Of a DNA stretch of 64,000 bases, positions 48,516 to 61,918 are shown in pieces. Source of the stretch: Aplysia californica (Eukaryota). Position numbers and translations under genes: made by a program. Where the stretch lies: NCBI RefSeq assembly GCF_000002075.1, contig NW_004797351.1:1139199-1203198 (forward strand), written 5' to 3'. Positions within the stretch are counted from its first letter, which is position 1. Every line of letters starts with the position of its first letter. Under the pieces are notes generated by a model that saw only the letters and a program-made list of their open reading frames with translations, searched no databases and was not told where the DNA came from.

Positions 48516-51500
48516 TCAGTTTGCATTCTGACAGATGTACCTCTGCACCAGCTCAGGCACAGGCAGTTTATTGACATCTTTACAGGACACGAGGTGAAGG
48601 ACAGCTCGCCGACACAGATCCTGGGGAAAAACACAGGCAGTTTTGTTTGGTGCAAGTTGTATGGCACTCACAACTGCATTAAGTCAAATGAGTGCGTAAG
48701 ACACAAGTTGGTTATTTTCACGTCTGTTTTTGTTAGAGTCAAAAGAAGCAGGTTGACACATTAATGGTCAAGTTGTGCAACACCCCCCCCCCTCCCCCAA
48801 AACCCCCTCAGCAACAAACAAAAAACAAAAAAACCCAGCTGACACATGGGAAGTCAAGAAGTAGGACCTACCCTGTAATACCCTCCAACAGCCCTCCAGA
48901 ATGGCAGGCAGCTAGTTCAGATCAGCCAGATATGTGAGAGTCTTGAGTGAAATCCTACAGATCAGCTAAATATGTGAGTGTTTAAAGTGAAAGGCTTCAG
49001 AACTGAAGGGGCAGGGCACGATTAGCCAATGAGATGAGTGAGAGAGTTTGTGTGCATGGTGTGCACTTTTCTCCATTCAATAAATCCAAGCTATTCAGAG
49101 TAGACCTGCAGCAAAAGATATCTCGATTTATGGGCTTCGTTCTCATTATCATTCGCAAATCCAGTCTTGTAAGTTCATATTTTTTTTCATCATCTGCAAG
49201 TCTGCAAAGAAAATTACTAGGAAATAGAATACACATTTTCTGACATAAAAACGGACTTGCATACTCAGACCCTGAAAAACGTTTGAAATACATTTTTTAC
49301 GTACTGGTTGGCAGCTACACGACAAACGTTTGATAGGAAAGTAGGAGCAAACCACACCAGAGCACCCGCCAACTACCCAGTCAGTACCTGTAAAGAGCGC
49401 AGTTCTGTGGGTAGTTTGTACACAAAAACCTTGCGGCCGCAGTTCCGCTGCTTCATCACTGCCAAACACGACTCACTGAGAGAAAATCTGGGAAAGACCT
49501 GCAGGTTCACAAACTCCGACACTGGCCAGTACGCACCTCTCACTTCAACCTGAACAATAAGAAAAATCTAGTCAGAGAAATTTTAAAAACTGACTTCAAC
49601 TCCATAGCACTTACAAAACCAAACACATGAGATCACGGTGGAACTTCAGGAATCATGTTTTCTCCTTCGGTGCAAATCCCGGGTAAATTAAAAAACTTTT
49701 ATAGTTATAAAAAAAAAAAGGACAGTTTACTTCCTACAACCGTCATTTGATAGACACCATATACATCATAACTTTGGACGTGATAGTTGTAAACTGCATA
49801 GAGCACGCTATATACATGCAATCATTACTGTTATTAGATAGCGTAAACACAGCCTCACACTCGTGGCCTTCTGAGCGCGTGGTATCGGTGAAATTGGGGT
49901 AATTCACATCACTGTTTCTTCGCTCTTTCGCTATAAAAGACCAAATGCCATACACCTTGTAAAAGTTCAGCTTTTCCTCGTTTAAATGGTGTAAGTTGTT
50001 TATATGTCCGATTATTAGGAGCTGGAGAATCGCTGTGGAAAGCAAAGCCCCTCGCGGTCGGAACGCGTGGTCGGCTGGTTAAAAAATTGACACACCTGCA
50101 TTCAAATGCTTCGCTGAAAGATTGAGGATTAAATACCGTCTTTTCATTGGCTGAGAACTGTAGAGCTTTGGACGTGCTTTCCTGTAGTATACATTTGGCC
50201 TATGGCATTTAAATAAAAAGCCTTTAAAATGTCGTCAAAGTTTTTAAAAATCATTTTTTACATAAAACATGTAAAATAGCGGCTCCAAAAAGGTATCAAT
50301 AGAAAGATCAGTTTATTTTCTATTAGAATAAAGTAATTGGCTTGGAATTATTTTTCATCAATCCTTCCGACAAACTTGGAAAGCATGTGACCCCCATGCG
50401 GGGAGCGTTTGGTACACTACAGTATAGTAGGGTCGATTCGCTTGCCGCGGGGGGCTGGTGGGACGCCGGCCGGGTCAACGCTCTGTGCTTTTGTCAAAAT
50501 AACGACAGATCATCATGTTTGCGGCGATAAAATACTGATTTGTAATGGTCTTACAGTCTTGAAAAAAATTCTCAGGAGATATAGGCCTTTCATATGGAAG
50601 AGATAAATTTGGCATATAGCTACTTTGAAAATTTAGTTTCTGGTACCTAATATTATTGATTATTATAAGTTTGGACATCCTTACCCTCATCCCACAGAAA
50701 AAGTGTGACAAAACACAGCCAAAAGTACACAAAAACAAAACGAGAAAGAACAAAATAGTCACCAACCCGCATTGCCTTGGTGAAAGACGGATAATGCAGG
50801 ATGAGAATTCTGTTGAAATGGCAGCCGTCAGCTGGGTACGTGTATCTTACGGCCAGAAAATCTCCACTTGGACTGGACCTGAGAAAAGAAAACAGAGTCT
50901 GAGAATTTGACGCAAAATACATCACTGAGGGAAATGATTAAACTTCAGATGAACTTTGTTAATCCATTGAGAAAATTAATTAGTATTTTAAATTTTCAAA
51001 TAGAATAATCACATGAGAACCACATCAACCTCACTATGGCCATTTGATGTAAGCAAAACAATCAGATGTAGAGAACAGAGGGAACACAAAGGATAAAAAA
51101 CCTACCAGTGGCACCCTCTAATCCCTCACCCACCCACTCCCCACCCCAGTATTAACTAACAGTGTGCTTTCACAAACTCTAAAGTCACAAGTAATTACAT
51201 AATGATCAACAAGGGGAAACGCCATGTCTACACGTATAGGTATAGCCCCTGTCAAAACTATTAGTTTAGTTAAGAGGCAGGACCTTTGAGTTTAACATCC
51301 ACCTCCGAAAGGACCGAGCCAAGAGGGAAATCTGTGTAAAGTGCCTTTTTCCAAGGACACAAGTCGGACTGAGCTGAGGCTTGAGCCCACAATCTCACGA
51401 TAGCGAGTCAAGTAGCCTGACCACTAGGCTCCCGATGCCACAAACACAATGTCTCTGACACGGTCCACAACTAAAAGCCAAGACCCATGTTTTCTCTCTT

Positions 51501-54500
51501 TTTCTGTATCTCTCTCCCTTCTCTTCCTCTCTCTTTCACACAAACAAACACATAAAAAAAGGGTTACCTCAGAACAATTATAACATAAACATGTTCAATA
51601 TTATTGCATTTCTATTAAGAATTAAATTGTCAATTGTTTTTGTTGGAAATTTTTTGGTAAACAAAGTAGGTGAAATTAAGACATCTCTACATAACACAAC
51701 TCTTAAAAAAACCCAACTAAGTAAAGGTCATTTTCTGATATGAACTTTCCACTATGATGAGAACCAAATGCCAACTTAAAAAATTATATTTGAACACCAA
51801 TTAGTTACCAGCTGTCAAGCTAGTGTCTACAATAATTGTCTAATCTGAATAAACAACTAGCATAAACTACAACTTTCAGCAACATAGTCAGATATCCAGG
51901 AGACCAAGTTTTTATCTTGAAAAATTTGATCTTTACAAAGGCAGCCCTAAAAGCTTTTACTTTCCCTGCCTCGAACTGAACTAACCAAGACCCAATATAT
52001 GATTATTCAATAATTTTTATACCTGTATCAACTGTGTTTTATTTTAACCAAAACATAACAATTGTCACAAAAAACTACACTCACACCTACATGTGCGTAC
52101 ACTTCCACATACCTGATCTGATGTATGTGAGCATGAGGAATCATTAAGTTGTGCACCGAAACCACAGACCAGTCATCTGTTTTATACACCTGGAAAACGA
52201 AAAAACATCTAAACTGTCTCAAAAAAAAACCCGAGCACCTCTGTTTGGACCCTGTTTCAAAGGGCAAGTAAAAAAGAAGTTATTCATCTTTCTTATGACA
52301 GCGATACCAGTCTTATACTTTATACATTGAGCCATAATGGCATATTATAAAGGTTTTTATTTCACATTCTGTAAAAAACACCAAAGTCCGTCTTTCTATG
52401 AGCATCTTTTTTTCTGGTGTCTTTGAATAGTATTTTAAAATTCTGAACATTTCTATATGCCATACAGAGAGTTTTATCAAATGTAGATATTTCTTTACTA
52501 ACTTTTTGTGAGACTACACCTGAGGTCATGAAAGCAGTCACAAATTATTTGCATCCTGAGTCAAAAATATCTGCGGGCTGAATCTGTTAACATCTTAAGT
52601 CTTGAAAGGGATTCAAACACACACGATTTATATAATTTTTCAGGGTCTTACAAGCTGAGCTACTATAGCACAAGCACCTATATTTACCGGAAAAGAGGGA
52701 AATTTTAAAAAGCGCCACCGCAAGTGTATTTAACTCTTTTTATCCGGGCTATGAGTAAACTCGTAACGAGGACCAGTCCAGGCTACGAGTAAACTCGGAA
52801 CAGCTATACGGTCACGTCAAAAAGCTAGTTCTGCTTGCAATTACCAAAATACGCAAATACGGCGATGCCAGCTCTGTCTGAATATTTCAATGTTGCAATG
52901 AACAACGGTTTCTTTGTTTTTGATGGGTGTAGAAGCTTGAAAAATGTCTTGAAAACCCACATTCACAACCGACGAAGTACCTTTTGAAGTGGCGCTGGGT
53001 CGTGAGGGGGGAATGAGACTAATTTTATTAAAATGACTCTGAATCACATGCCACAAATTCCGTTGTGGATGACAACGACTGGACCAGTACTGGAATTTGT
53101 GCGGTACAGATGGGTAGGGGCAGATCTAGATCTATAAATCCAAGGGGATGTCGAGGCCGCTGCAATCAGGATCAAGTTGGAGGGAGGAATACATCTCAAA
53201 ACCTGCATGGTGCAATTGGTGTGATTCCTAACCACATACATTTACAAAAACTACATTCAATTTCTAACATAACTGCCAAATGTCCTTAAAATCTAAGAGT
53301 AAATGCAAGAAATACAGCACTCTGAAATATGCACGCTGAATTCCAGCTCATATGGCGCGGCAGCCCAAGGACGGGAACAGAGTCTGCGGGGGTACGGCCA
53401 GGATAAAAAGAGTTAAATGAGGACATTAAACACTGACATTCCATAAACTCCTAGTTGTTCACCACATTATGTTAATGTTGAAAAGTGTCACATCCTATGA
53501 GAATAACTGATGATCCCCAAGAAAGCATGTGCAGTCCCATTCAATTTGCAACAGAATATTTTAAAAGATATTTTGCGAGTCTAAACCTACACCTAAACTT
53601 TCAAAACTTTTTAAGTGCTGCGGGACAAAAGAATAGAAAGCCACATCAGTAGAATAGAACAGAAAATCACTGGGACGTGAAACAAGTTTAGAATATTTCA
53701 GCATTCATTAATTCTGGAAACATCTAGAAAAGTGGCACTTTCAGCACCTGTATGATGCGCTGACCAGCAGCTATCACATGCTCGTCCCCCAAGAGAGCAT
53801 TGTAGGTGATGCTACAGTTGGGGAGGTACGTAGGAATCTTGCTGATCGTGATGTCCGACATCGGAGGGTAACACTTGATGTTCTGGGGAAATAGAATGAC
53901 ATGGGAGTGGAGGGTAACATTTGTGTCATGACGCGGTGGAATCGGGTGCTAGTAAATTTTTGGGCACGTGGAGTTATTGGTATCATCTGAAAGCTGATTT
54001 ATTTGCCTTGCTTCCAATGAAATATATTTCCAACTATCTTTAATAGCACTTAAGATATTTGCGATTGAAGGAAGTGATGTCGCCTGGTTTCAGTGGTGAA
54101 ATTAGTGAGAAAAAGGCCGCCAAAGTTTGATAACTCCAATTCCAATAGCTAAAGAGTCCTTGAAAACTGAAAATTGACATATTTTGTGCCTTTAATCAAT
54201 ATTTTTAGGTAAAATGCACATGGAAATGTGTTTTGTATGTACATAAAAGAGGTTAAGCCAAAAAATTAAAAATTCGATTAAACTTTCCAAACTGACGGAA
54301 AAATACCCGTTCCTCCAATTTCTGTATTTAACGAGCGCCTGATTTCACCATGCTGCCTCACATTTGATGTTGTGGAGAAGTAAAATCATAAAATGATATG
54401 GGAGGGTACCATTTTCAAATAACTTCAGTCTCAGATCTTGATAGACAGCCTCTGCAAATTCTAACACTGTCCATTGCAACATATTGAGGTCTTTGAACTC

Positions 54501-56603
54501 AGATAATATTCAAACTCTCCATTCACTTGGTTCTCAATTATCACAGATGGACGTAGGAATCAGAGCTGAGGCCCTTTAAAGTACCTCTATAGTTAAAAGG
54601 AATACAAGGAGGGTAAAAACCCATTTTTGACACATTGAAAAACACATTTCAGCAAATTTTGCTTTCAATTTGGAAAAAGTAAAGCTATCAAAAAATTTAA
54701 AAAAAACAACCTTACAGTTACAAACACCGGACCAATCACCCACCTGCACTTCATAGTTAATTATAGCTTGGAAATGGTAGCGTACATCTGGCCGTAGGAC
54801 AATGTGCGATGTACTTGGGGACATGTGGACTTCGTACCACCGCCGCACGTTGTTGGCAATCACAAAATGTCCACTGCAGACTTGCTGGTCCATGTCAATG
54901 ACGTAAAACTTAGAGAAGGGTATAAATCTCTCTGTATTGACCTGAAAGAAGAAATTTTGCAAGTCTTTTGCAAGAAGAAAAATCCTTTTCTAAAAAACAA
55001 AATTATCTAAATACCCTCCTTTTTAAAGAAAGAAAAAACTTTTGTCTTTTGAGTACAGGGGAAAGGACAATCTTTAGAAAATTCACAACTATTCTTAATC
55101 TAATACAGTGGATCTAGGATGAATAACGAGTCTTGCTTTATCACTTCCATCCTGGTATTCCTTTAGGAAGAGGAGTAACAAGGAATGGAGCTCCCCCCTA
55201 CCCTTTTTTTTTTTGGTAAGTGTTTTACGGCGCTCGCAACTGCATATAAGGACAAACGACACACATAACATTTCCATTTTGTAGGAAATTTTGAATTTTG
55301 CCCAGGTGGCGGCCGAAGCCTACGGAACCTCCGAGATTTTTTTCGCCCTTGTCCGAGAAGGCTAGGTGTAGATCTTTCCTACCATACGATCAGGGGTGTG
55401 GCTGAAAGACAGCAGTAAGAAGGAGCCAAGGAGAAGCAGTGGAAAGGCAGCAGAAAGAGTCAGGAGCCCAAAGGAGGGGGCATAGGAGGTGAGGGGGTGG
55501 GGACAGAAAGTGGAGACGAAAGCAGACCACAGAATATTGATAGAGAGCAGGAAAGGAGGGGAAAGGAGACAATATTAGAGAAGAAAATGTTTCAGTCGCT
55601 ATCCGGATTCGAAAATGTGACCTTCGAATGAGAGGCCATAACCTTACTCTCTAGGCCAAGAGAGCTCTCTGTCCATCTTCTAAGTGCCATGATTATGATC
55701 TTATTCATATCACACGGAATGCGGATAAGAACGTACCTGCACAATGATGTATCCCTTATGGTATGCCACGACCCGAGTGCACCGATGGCTTCTCCTTTTC
55801 CGTCGAGGTCGGTTGTGACGCAGGTAAGCAGACAACTCTGTTGATGTGACTCGCGGAACTTTAATCGTAATGCAGCATGACGTCTCCTTTTCTTGAATCA
55901 TTAACTCATTTTGGGTTCTGCAGTAAAGAGGTAAAGAGATGAGGATGGAAACTTGCATCACCTAGTCTTTTTTTCCTCAAATATTATGCTTGACTCTAGG
56001 CTGGTGCATTACTTCATACGTACAACAGCAATGTACTACATCAAGAGTCAAACTGCAGAACTTGAAGAAAATGTTTAAATTTATTCCACACAGGTCTTAG
56101 ATATATCTAAAATAAAAGAGTTTCTTTTCTTTCCATAGAAATCTTTCATAAAATGGGTATTTTTTTGCTCACAGAAATCTGAAAAGAGGATACTTTTCTT
56201 TCTTTCAATTTAACTAAAATTTTTATCATCAATGAGTATATACAGAACTTTGAAACTGAAAATGAATTATGAAATTTAGGCAGTTAAAAATAGGCAACCC
56301 AACCCTGTTCCAGTTTATTTTGCAACTGACTTACTTGAATCCGCTCCTAAAGAAGCGGCCCTCCGTCGTATCCGGCCTGTTTGGGGAGCCATTGAGCTGT
56401 AGCAGTGAGTGTCGGCTTGAAGTGTAATCTGCTTTATCCGAGAATCCGCACACTTGCCTCTGTTCACGGCACCAAGCACCAAAGGAACAAGTCAGGAGCT
56501 CATCTCCCACATGACTTGTCTTCAGTTTATTGTAAAACTCAACTTTACTGTTCTTCTTGCCTTTTCTGCCCTCCCTTGGAGAGTGGGTCACAGAGTTACC
56601 CAT
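48516..56603 (-). CDS. Uncharacterised SOCS box-containing protein with WD40/beta-propeller-like region, 412 aa
   Basis: Phase-consistent GT-AG coding exons 56603-56335, 55917-55737, 54941-54744, 53882-53748, 52189-52113, 50878-50767, 49549-49388 and 48620-48516 (1239 nt). The C terminus SLQDLCRRAV..VNKLPVPELVQRYI matches a BC box plus Cul5 box. WD-like turns: MSPSTSHIVL, SSPSGDFLAV, FSLSESCLAV. Confidence 0.88.
51262..51440 (-). mobile_element. tRNA-derived SINE with CORE-like and Nin-like segments
   Basis: Minus strand: gagcctagtggtcagg..gggctcaagcc head, then gtgtccttggaaaaaggcactttac, then cggtcctttcggaggtggatgttaaact..ggtcc. Confidence 0.65.
52730..53416. mobile_element. TTAA-flanked MITE (piggyBac-like)
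   Basis: ttaactctttttatcc ... ggataaaaagagttaa. Confidence 0.8.
53918..54366 (+). mobile_element. Non-autonomous TIR DNA element (29270 family)
   Basis: Same internal sequence and termini as 29270-29708. Confidence 0.72.
55217..55670 (-). mobile_element. Nin-like tRNA SINE copy
   Basis: Reverse complement of the 21631-22140 head, core and tail. Confidence 0.8.
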
Positions 56604-59600
56604 TTTTTTAGAAACTATGATGATCCTGGAACTAAACACAGAAAAAACAAAGTTGAAAATATTTTTTTTCCAGAATAAAAGCAAAAATAAGCAATGAAAA
56701 ATACTAGAATTGGGCTAAAAAAGACCAGCTTCTCTTAATGATAAGAAAACCTTTCCTTAGAACTGAGCCCATCAATGCCACAGTAAAAGGATTCTGTCAA
56801 TATCACATTATACAATCACTGTTAGAAATAAAATGAATAGAATTCCAGAACTGGCAGGACTAATCTCAACCTATGAGTGTCTAAGGGGCAACAGCTTGAG
56901 GGCTTGATCTCTGTACAAGATCCTACAAAAATCTATAAATGTCTGCCAGTCAGCAGAGGCTGGGCTAAATATGGTAAATGCAATTCTTCTTCAAGTCCTC
57001 AATATTCATTTAGCTGTAGCAGCTGTTAGATTGATGCCCCCAGCCTAGACAGATTTCCTGGATCTTGTCAATGATTAGCACTCATGTCATCAGATCTCCC
57101 CCCCCCCCCCCTTCCCTTTCCTTCCATTATGAAACAGATGTCTCACACTTCTCACCTTCTCACCTACCTAGGCATTCGCAGCTACTCGTATTAGAACAAC
57201 CATATTAAAATTACCAATACAATTGTTACGTACACCCTTTTATCTATCAGCTTTTTTGGGGGGATAGGGGTTGCCATGAAGGGGAAGGGGGGGGGGGGGC
57301 CCTCAAACCCAAAAAAAGGAATTTGGGGGGGGGGGGGGGGGGGGGGGGGGCGGCAGGAGCAGACACACTGAAGTATATCAAGCAAGCATTCTAGTTTTCA
57401 ATCGATTTCCAAAATTGCTCTTTTATTTTTGTCTACTACCAGTAGTACTACGTCCTCCCCTTAGCTAGATCTCTGGAGTAGTAAACAGTTTAAGAACTGA
57501 GGGTGAGATGATTTTATTGCATTATAAATGGCGTGTTCTTCTTTAGTAGCGGGTACTGTCTTTCACCTTTCAGTCTTAAGGTACAGTCAAAATTGTCCTA
57601 TAATTACGGCCACCAACTGTCATGGAAAAAAGTGTTTGTCTTAGACAGGTGGACATCTCAGACCATGTTGATTGTTTGCACAGGTAGCCATTAGAGCAGG
57701 TCTGTGTACATTTATCTTAGATTCTTATATTGCCACCTAAAGTCTTAAATTATCACCAAGACGATAAAACTGTAAGCATGTTAAGAAAATTAAAAACACA
57801 ACTGAAAATATTATTTGGAAGCCAAGAATTGGCATCGAATGGAGGTGTTTTTCTTTGGTTCTGTGTCCTGGTTTTATGGGTGCTAGATTACATGTGGGAT
57901 ACTTCTTAAAAGTGTTACACGTTGTAGTGGTTGAAAAAATTTTTTGGAAGTTGTTGCTGCTGCTGTGGTTGTTGCTCCTGGAGAAAGATGGCTACATTTG
58001 TCTGGATTTGGAACGATGATGATGACGACGACTACTACTACTACTAATTATCTTTTTGTTTTGTTTTAGTAGAGGTTTTACGGCGCCCACAACTGCATAA
58101 GGTCATATGATATGAGCGCCACTTATTATCTTTACAAGAAAAATAACAATTCCATTAATATGATATGACGGTACATATATATATATTCATTATATCACTC
58201 CTTATCATAGCTTTCCCCTTTTATTGGCCTTCCGATATATGTTCCTCGCACGCACCATTGAGGATTGTGGCCTATCCTGTTTAAACACTTTAGTTTCCAA
58301 AGTGTAGATCTAGTCTAGTCATTAATATTATCTTAAAAAATTTTCCTGACAAAGCCCTAAGCGGCGAAACATTGAATATAATATAAATGTTTCGAAATTC
58401 AAAGCAGTCTCCACCATTTTTTTTTTACCGTCTACAACATAATGATAATGATGATATATATATCAAAGCAGATTAAGTAACGCAGTTGAGAATCTATGAA
58501 AGTGATGATGATGATAATGTTAGTTAGCCGTTTAGTATCATTTTCAGCTCCTATTCTAGATCCCCGCCCCCCCCCCCAGGCTGTCCTTTGGGGCAGAACA
58601 CATGCCTCATTTCCTCCCTTTGCATAGAATGACCAAATCTTGAAGCTATATCCTCATCACTTCCTTAACGTGTTATAACTTTAGGTTTGCCGAAATGTAA
58701 TCACATGGGGTCTGTCTCTAGTTGATGACTGTGTAAGCAATATGAACCCTATCTCGGCTATCATTGGTCCAATAATAATTATGATTTTAGCAACCAAATT
58801 AATCTTGTATAGTTATAAAATTAGAGATACTTGTTTAAACTTGAGACAAAACAATGTCACACATTTTGATTCTCTTCCAAGTCATCGCTATCACCGGATC
58901 ATGGATGGACTGTGATGGCCAGTGGATTTATTAATAGGAATAACTCAGTGAAATTGCAATGTGGTATAGTAAGACTTGTAGAGAGAGGTTTGAAAGTTTA
59001 AAGATCAGTCCAAAGGACAAACCCCAAACTTAACAAAAGCATCAACCTGCTGCAGCTTGAAAGCAAAGAAGCTTTGAAATTAGAAAACAAAAATAAAAAG
59101 GGTGGTGGCAGCTGATCACTGCCAGTATTCCTTGGTTAAGCTTAATGATAGTGATCTCTTTCACGGTTTGGCTCAGACATATCTGTCTTTTCATCACAAC
59201 ACATCAAGCGGCTCACTTATTCAAACTCATAAAAGATGGGTACTAAAGAGACCAGTCCTATAGGGTAACTCCAGGGCACTGGTATAGTCGAAAAAATGAT
59301 GCTCTAACAACCACCTGTATAAAATGTAAGACAATCATCAGTATGAACGACCACTTCCCATTTCCTCTCTTGCCCATTTTTTACAAGCCCTATAATAATA
59401 ATAATTGGTGTAAGACAGCCACCTGTTGAGGCCACTTTTCTCCTAAACAATGGCTGGCCATCTTAGGCAGTTTCAATTGTTCATAGTTTATACATATATA
59501 TGTACCTTACTTTAAATGATTTTTAAAATACCCATCTACCTTGAATAGAGCAGTTGAGATATTTGAGATTGAAGGAAGTGCGAGTTGCCTGCTTTAAAAG

Positions 59601-61218
59601 GTAACATATATTCATATATATATATATATAGAAAATGGCCATCTAAGTTTGATAGCTTCCAAAGCTTGGAAACTGCAAATGCATATTATTTTAAAAGATC
59701 AATATTTCACAGCAAAATCCATATAAAGAAATGCTTTTAGTGGACATACAATGCTGAGCCCCCCCCCCCCCCCCCCCCCCCCATAAAAAAATTGCCCCAA
59801 GGGCCCAAAAAAGAATTTGACGAGCGCTTGACCTCACCCATGAATGCCCACACACATTAAAAAATATTTTTAAAAAACAACAACACTTGTATCACATTTT
59901 CTATCTGATCATTATCAGTTTCAAGCCCACAGCATCAATAATCAATATGGTAAAAAAAAACATGAAAAGACAGCAGATGATCTCAACAATGGCATCTAAA
60001 TAAATAAAAAAGTCACGATTCAAATCAAATTGCTCTGAAAAAGAACAGACTTTAAAATTTCTTTAGGGGGGCCGTTTCAATATTATTTCTCCAAACAATT
60101 TCCTTTCTCGAGACTTTTTGGTTATTTGTGAATGGAGTGGCCCCGCCCCCCCCGGGGGGGGGGGGGGGGTTGTTTTTTTGGGGGGTAATGTGTAAAAAGG
60201 GTGTGGGTTAAAATTTAACCCGGGGGGGGGGGGGGGGGGGGGGGGGGATTTTTGTGTGACTTAGTTATTGCTTTAGGGGGGACTAAATGCAAAATTTATA
60301 GGTTACTGTCTAAGTCAAGCAGTCTTGTATTCTCGCAGTACCTTTTACTTTTGAAGACATTTTCAAATGAAGTACAGTCTATAGTCCGCGAACGTTGCCC
60401 CCCAACTACAATTTAAGTATCTTTGAATATTCAGAGAACTAAAAATTTTTAGCTCTAGATATTGAATTTGATGCACGCAAAAAAAATGCTTCTTCCCAGT
60501 CCTCGCAGAATGGCAGAATGATAGATGACGCTGAACTCTAGCAAATAACCAACAAGACCCGAGAACGGAAACCGTTAGGAGAAATAGAGTTCAAGTTTAT
60601 TTTCCCGAGCGTACAGAGTAATAGTCACTTCGTTTACTCGTTTTCTTAAAAGAAACAGCAACCTACGTCAATTGCACTCAAATTGCAGGCCTAAAAAAGC
60701 TTCAAACTCAACTCCAAAATATGATTTGCACAGAACACACACACAAAAAGCGTTGTTGACATAATATAATAAATCATATAAAATGATTAAATGACGGTAG
60801 GCCATCAAGTACGCTAGTTAGTAGTATATTATCAGATGATGTCACTATGTAGCACTGTTTGAGACATTGACATTTTTATAGATTATTATCTTCTAGCCTA
60901 GATATCTATCTCTAAATAGATTCTCTTGCTCTGATATTAAAAACAAAAATTAAGGGCAAATGAGTGCAAATCAAAATAAGAACGATGTACTGTTAGAGAC
61001 CTAGATTCTAGATCTAGTTCTATTAATTCATTCTCCAAAATTGGGGCAAACTAGAATCATCTGCATATATAGATGTATAGGACGTTACTCTTTTCATGGT
61101 AGCAAGCTATGATCAGCTGTGCACTGAAATAGGTCGACTGTGACTTAGTGTAAAGAACAGATCATAATAATGCACAAAAGTACACCTTAGAAATGTATTG
61201 CTACGCTTAATTACTTAC

Positions 61219-61734
61219 CCCTAAATAAGTCTGCATGTAACATATTTTGAAAAGACTCCAGAAGAGAAATCGAGCAATGTCACGCTCACGAAATTGTTAT
61301 AGTTATAGTGTACGGACAAGAACAATGGAAACGTCCATCTTCGGGCCAGCAGGCAACAGATTGGGACAGTCGAAACCCAATTATTAGGTCAAGGGAAGCA
61401 ATTCCATCACGTGATCATAATATTTACTAAAGGTTACCAGTACTAACTAAACTAAACGCTTTTAATTTTTTTTTTTACTTAGACCACCTCTCTGCTTGGA
61501 CTAACTCTTTACACTTGAAGGAGTAGATTAGATCTATATTTCTACATAACTAGATTTAGATCTATTTTCAATGTTATGGTTTTGAAAAAAATGGACGTAC
61601 TTATAGGCTAATTACAACACAGGTTTATGCACACAAGAGCCAAGCCAAGTCTTTGCTCTCTGGTATTGTTTATCGAGTTTTTCTTCCTTCAAAAGTTATA
61701 AAAGTATCACTCAGTCACTCACTCTAGTATCAAA
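61219..61734. promoter_or_regulatory. Putative bidirectional promoter and non-coding first exon of the SOCS-box gene
   Basis: Minus-strand donor GGG|GTAAGT at 61218; YY1-like AAGATGG at ~61335-61341 (-); palindrome ATCACGTGAT at 61406-61415; Inr-like TCAGT at 61711, just before the COA3 ATG. Confidence 0.55.
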
Positions 61735-61909
61735 ATGGCTGACAACAGTGGCATAACGAAGGTCGACAAATTGTCGCAAGCCGATTCCGATAAATATTTC
61801 ATCAACAAAGTTGAAAAGAACAGAGCCCGATTGGGAACGAAAATGGTTGCATTGAAGGGCAAGAACAAATTTGTTGGTTTCTTCCTGGCATGTGGAGTTT
61901 TTGGTATAT
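61735..61909 (+). CDS. COA3: Cytochrome c oxidase assembly factor 3 (CCDC56) homolog, first coding exon; the rest lies beyond the window or in the gap
   Basis: MADNSG...KVDKLSQ..KYFINKVEK.R....KGKNKFVGFFLACGVFGI(Y) matches the COA3 pattern of a basic stretch followed by N..xG..L...VxxIY; the exon ends in phase 1 at a GTATCCTTT donor. Confidence 0.8.
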
Positions 61910-61918
61910 GTATCCTTT
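61910..61918 (+). other. U12-type (minor spliceosome) 5' splice site
   Basis: Exact GTATCCTTT consensus at the point where COA3 similarity ends. Confidence 0.85.

Noticed and set aside
41070-53530. Hammerhead ribozyme cores at CTGATGA hits (e.g. ~41073, 47400, 53507)
   Set aside because: No stem II with correctly placed GAAA and no flanking helices
48516-56603. Classical SH2-containing SOCS/CIS gene
   Set aside because: No SH2 signature (W/Y.G, FLVR.S) upstream of the SOCS box
60130-60260. G-quadruplex regulatory cluster
   Set aside because: Homopolymer G/C runs are common throughout the window and this stretch looks like low-quality sequence
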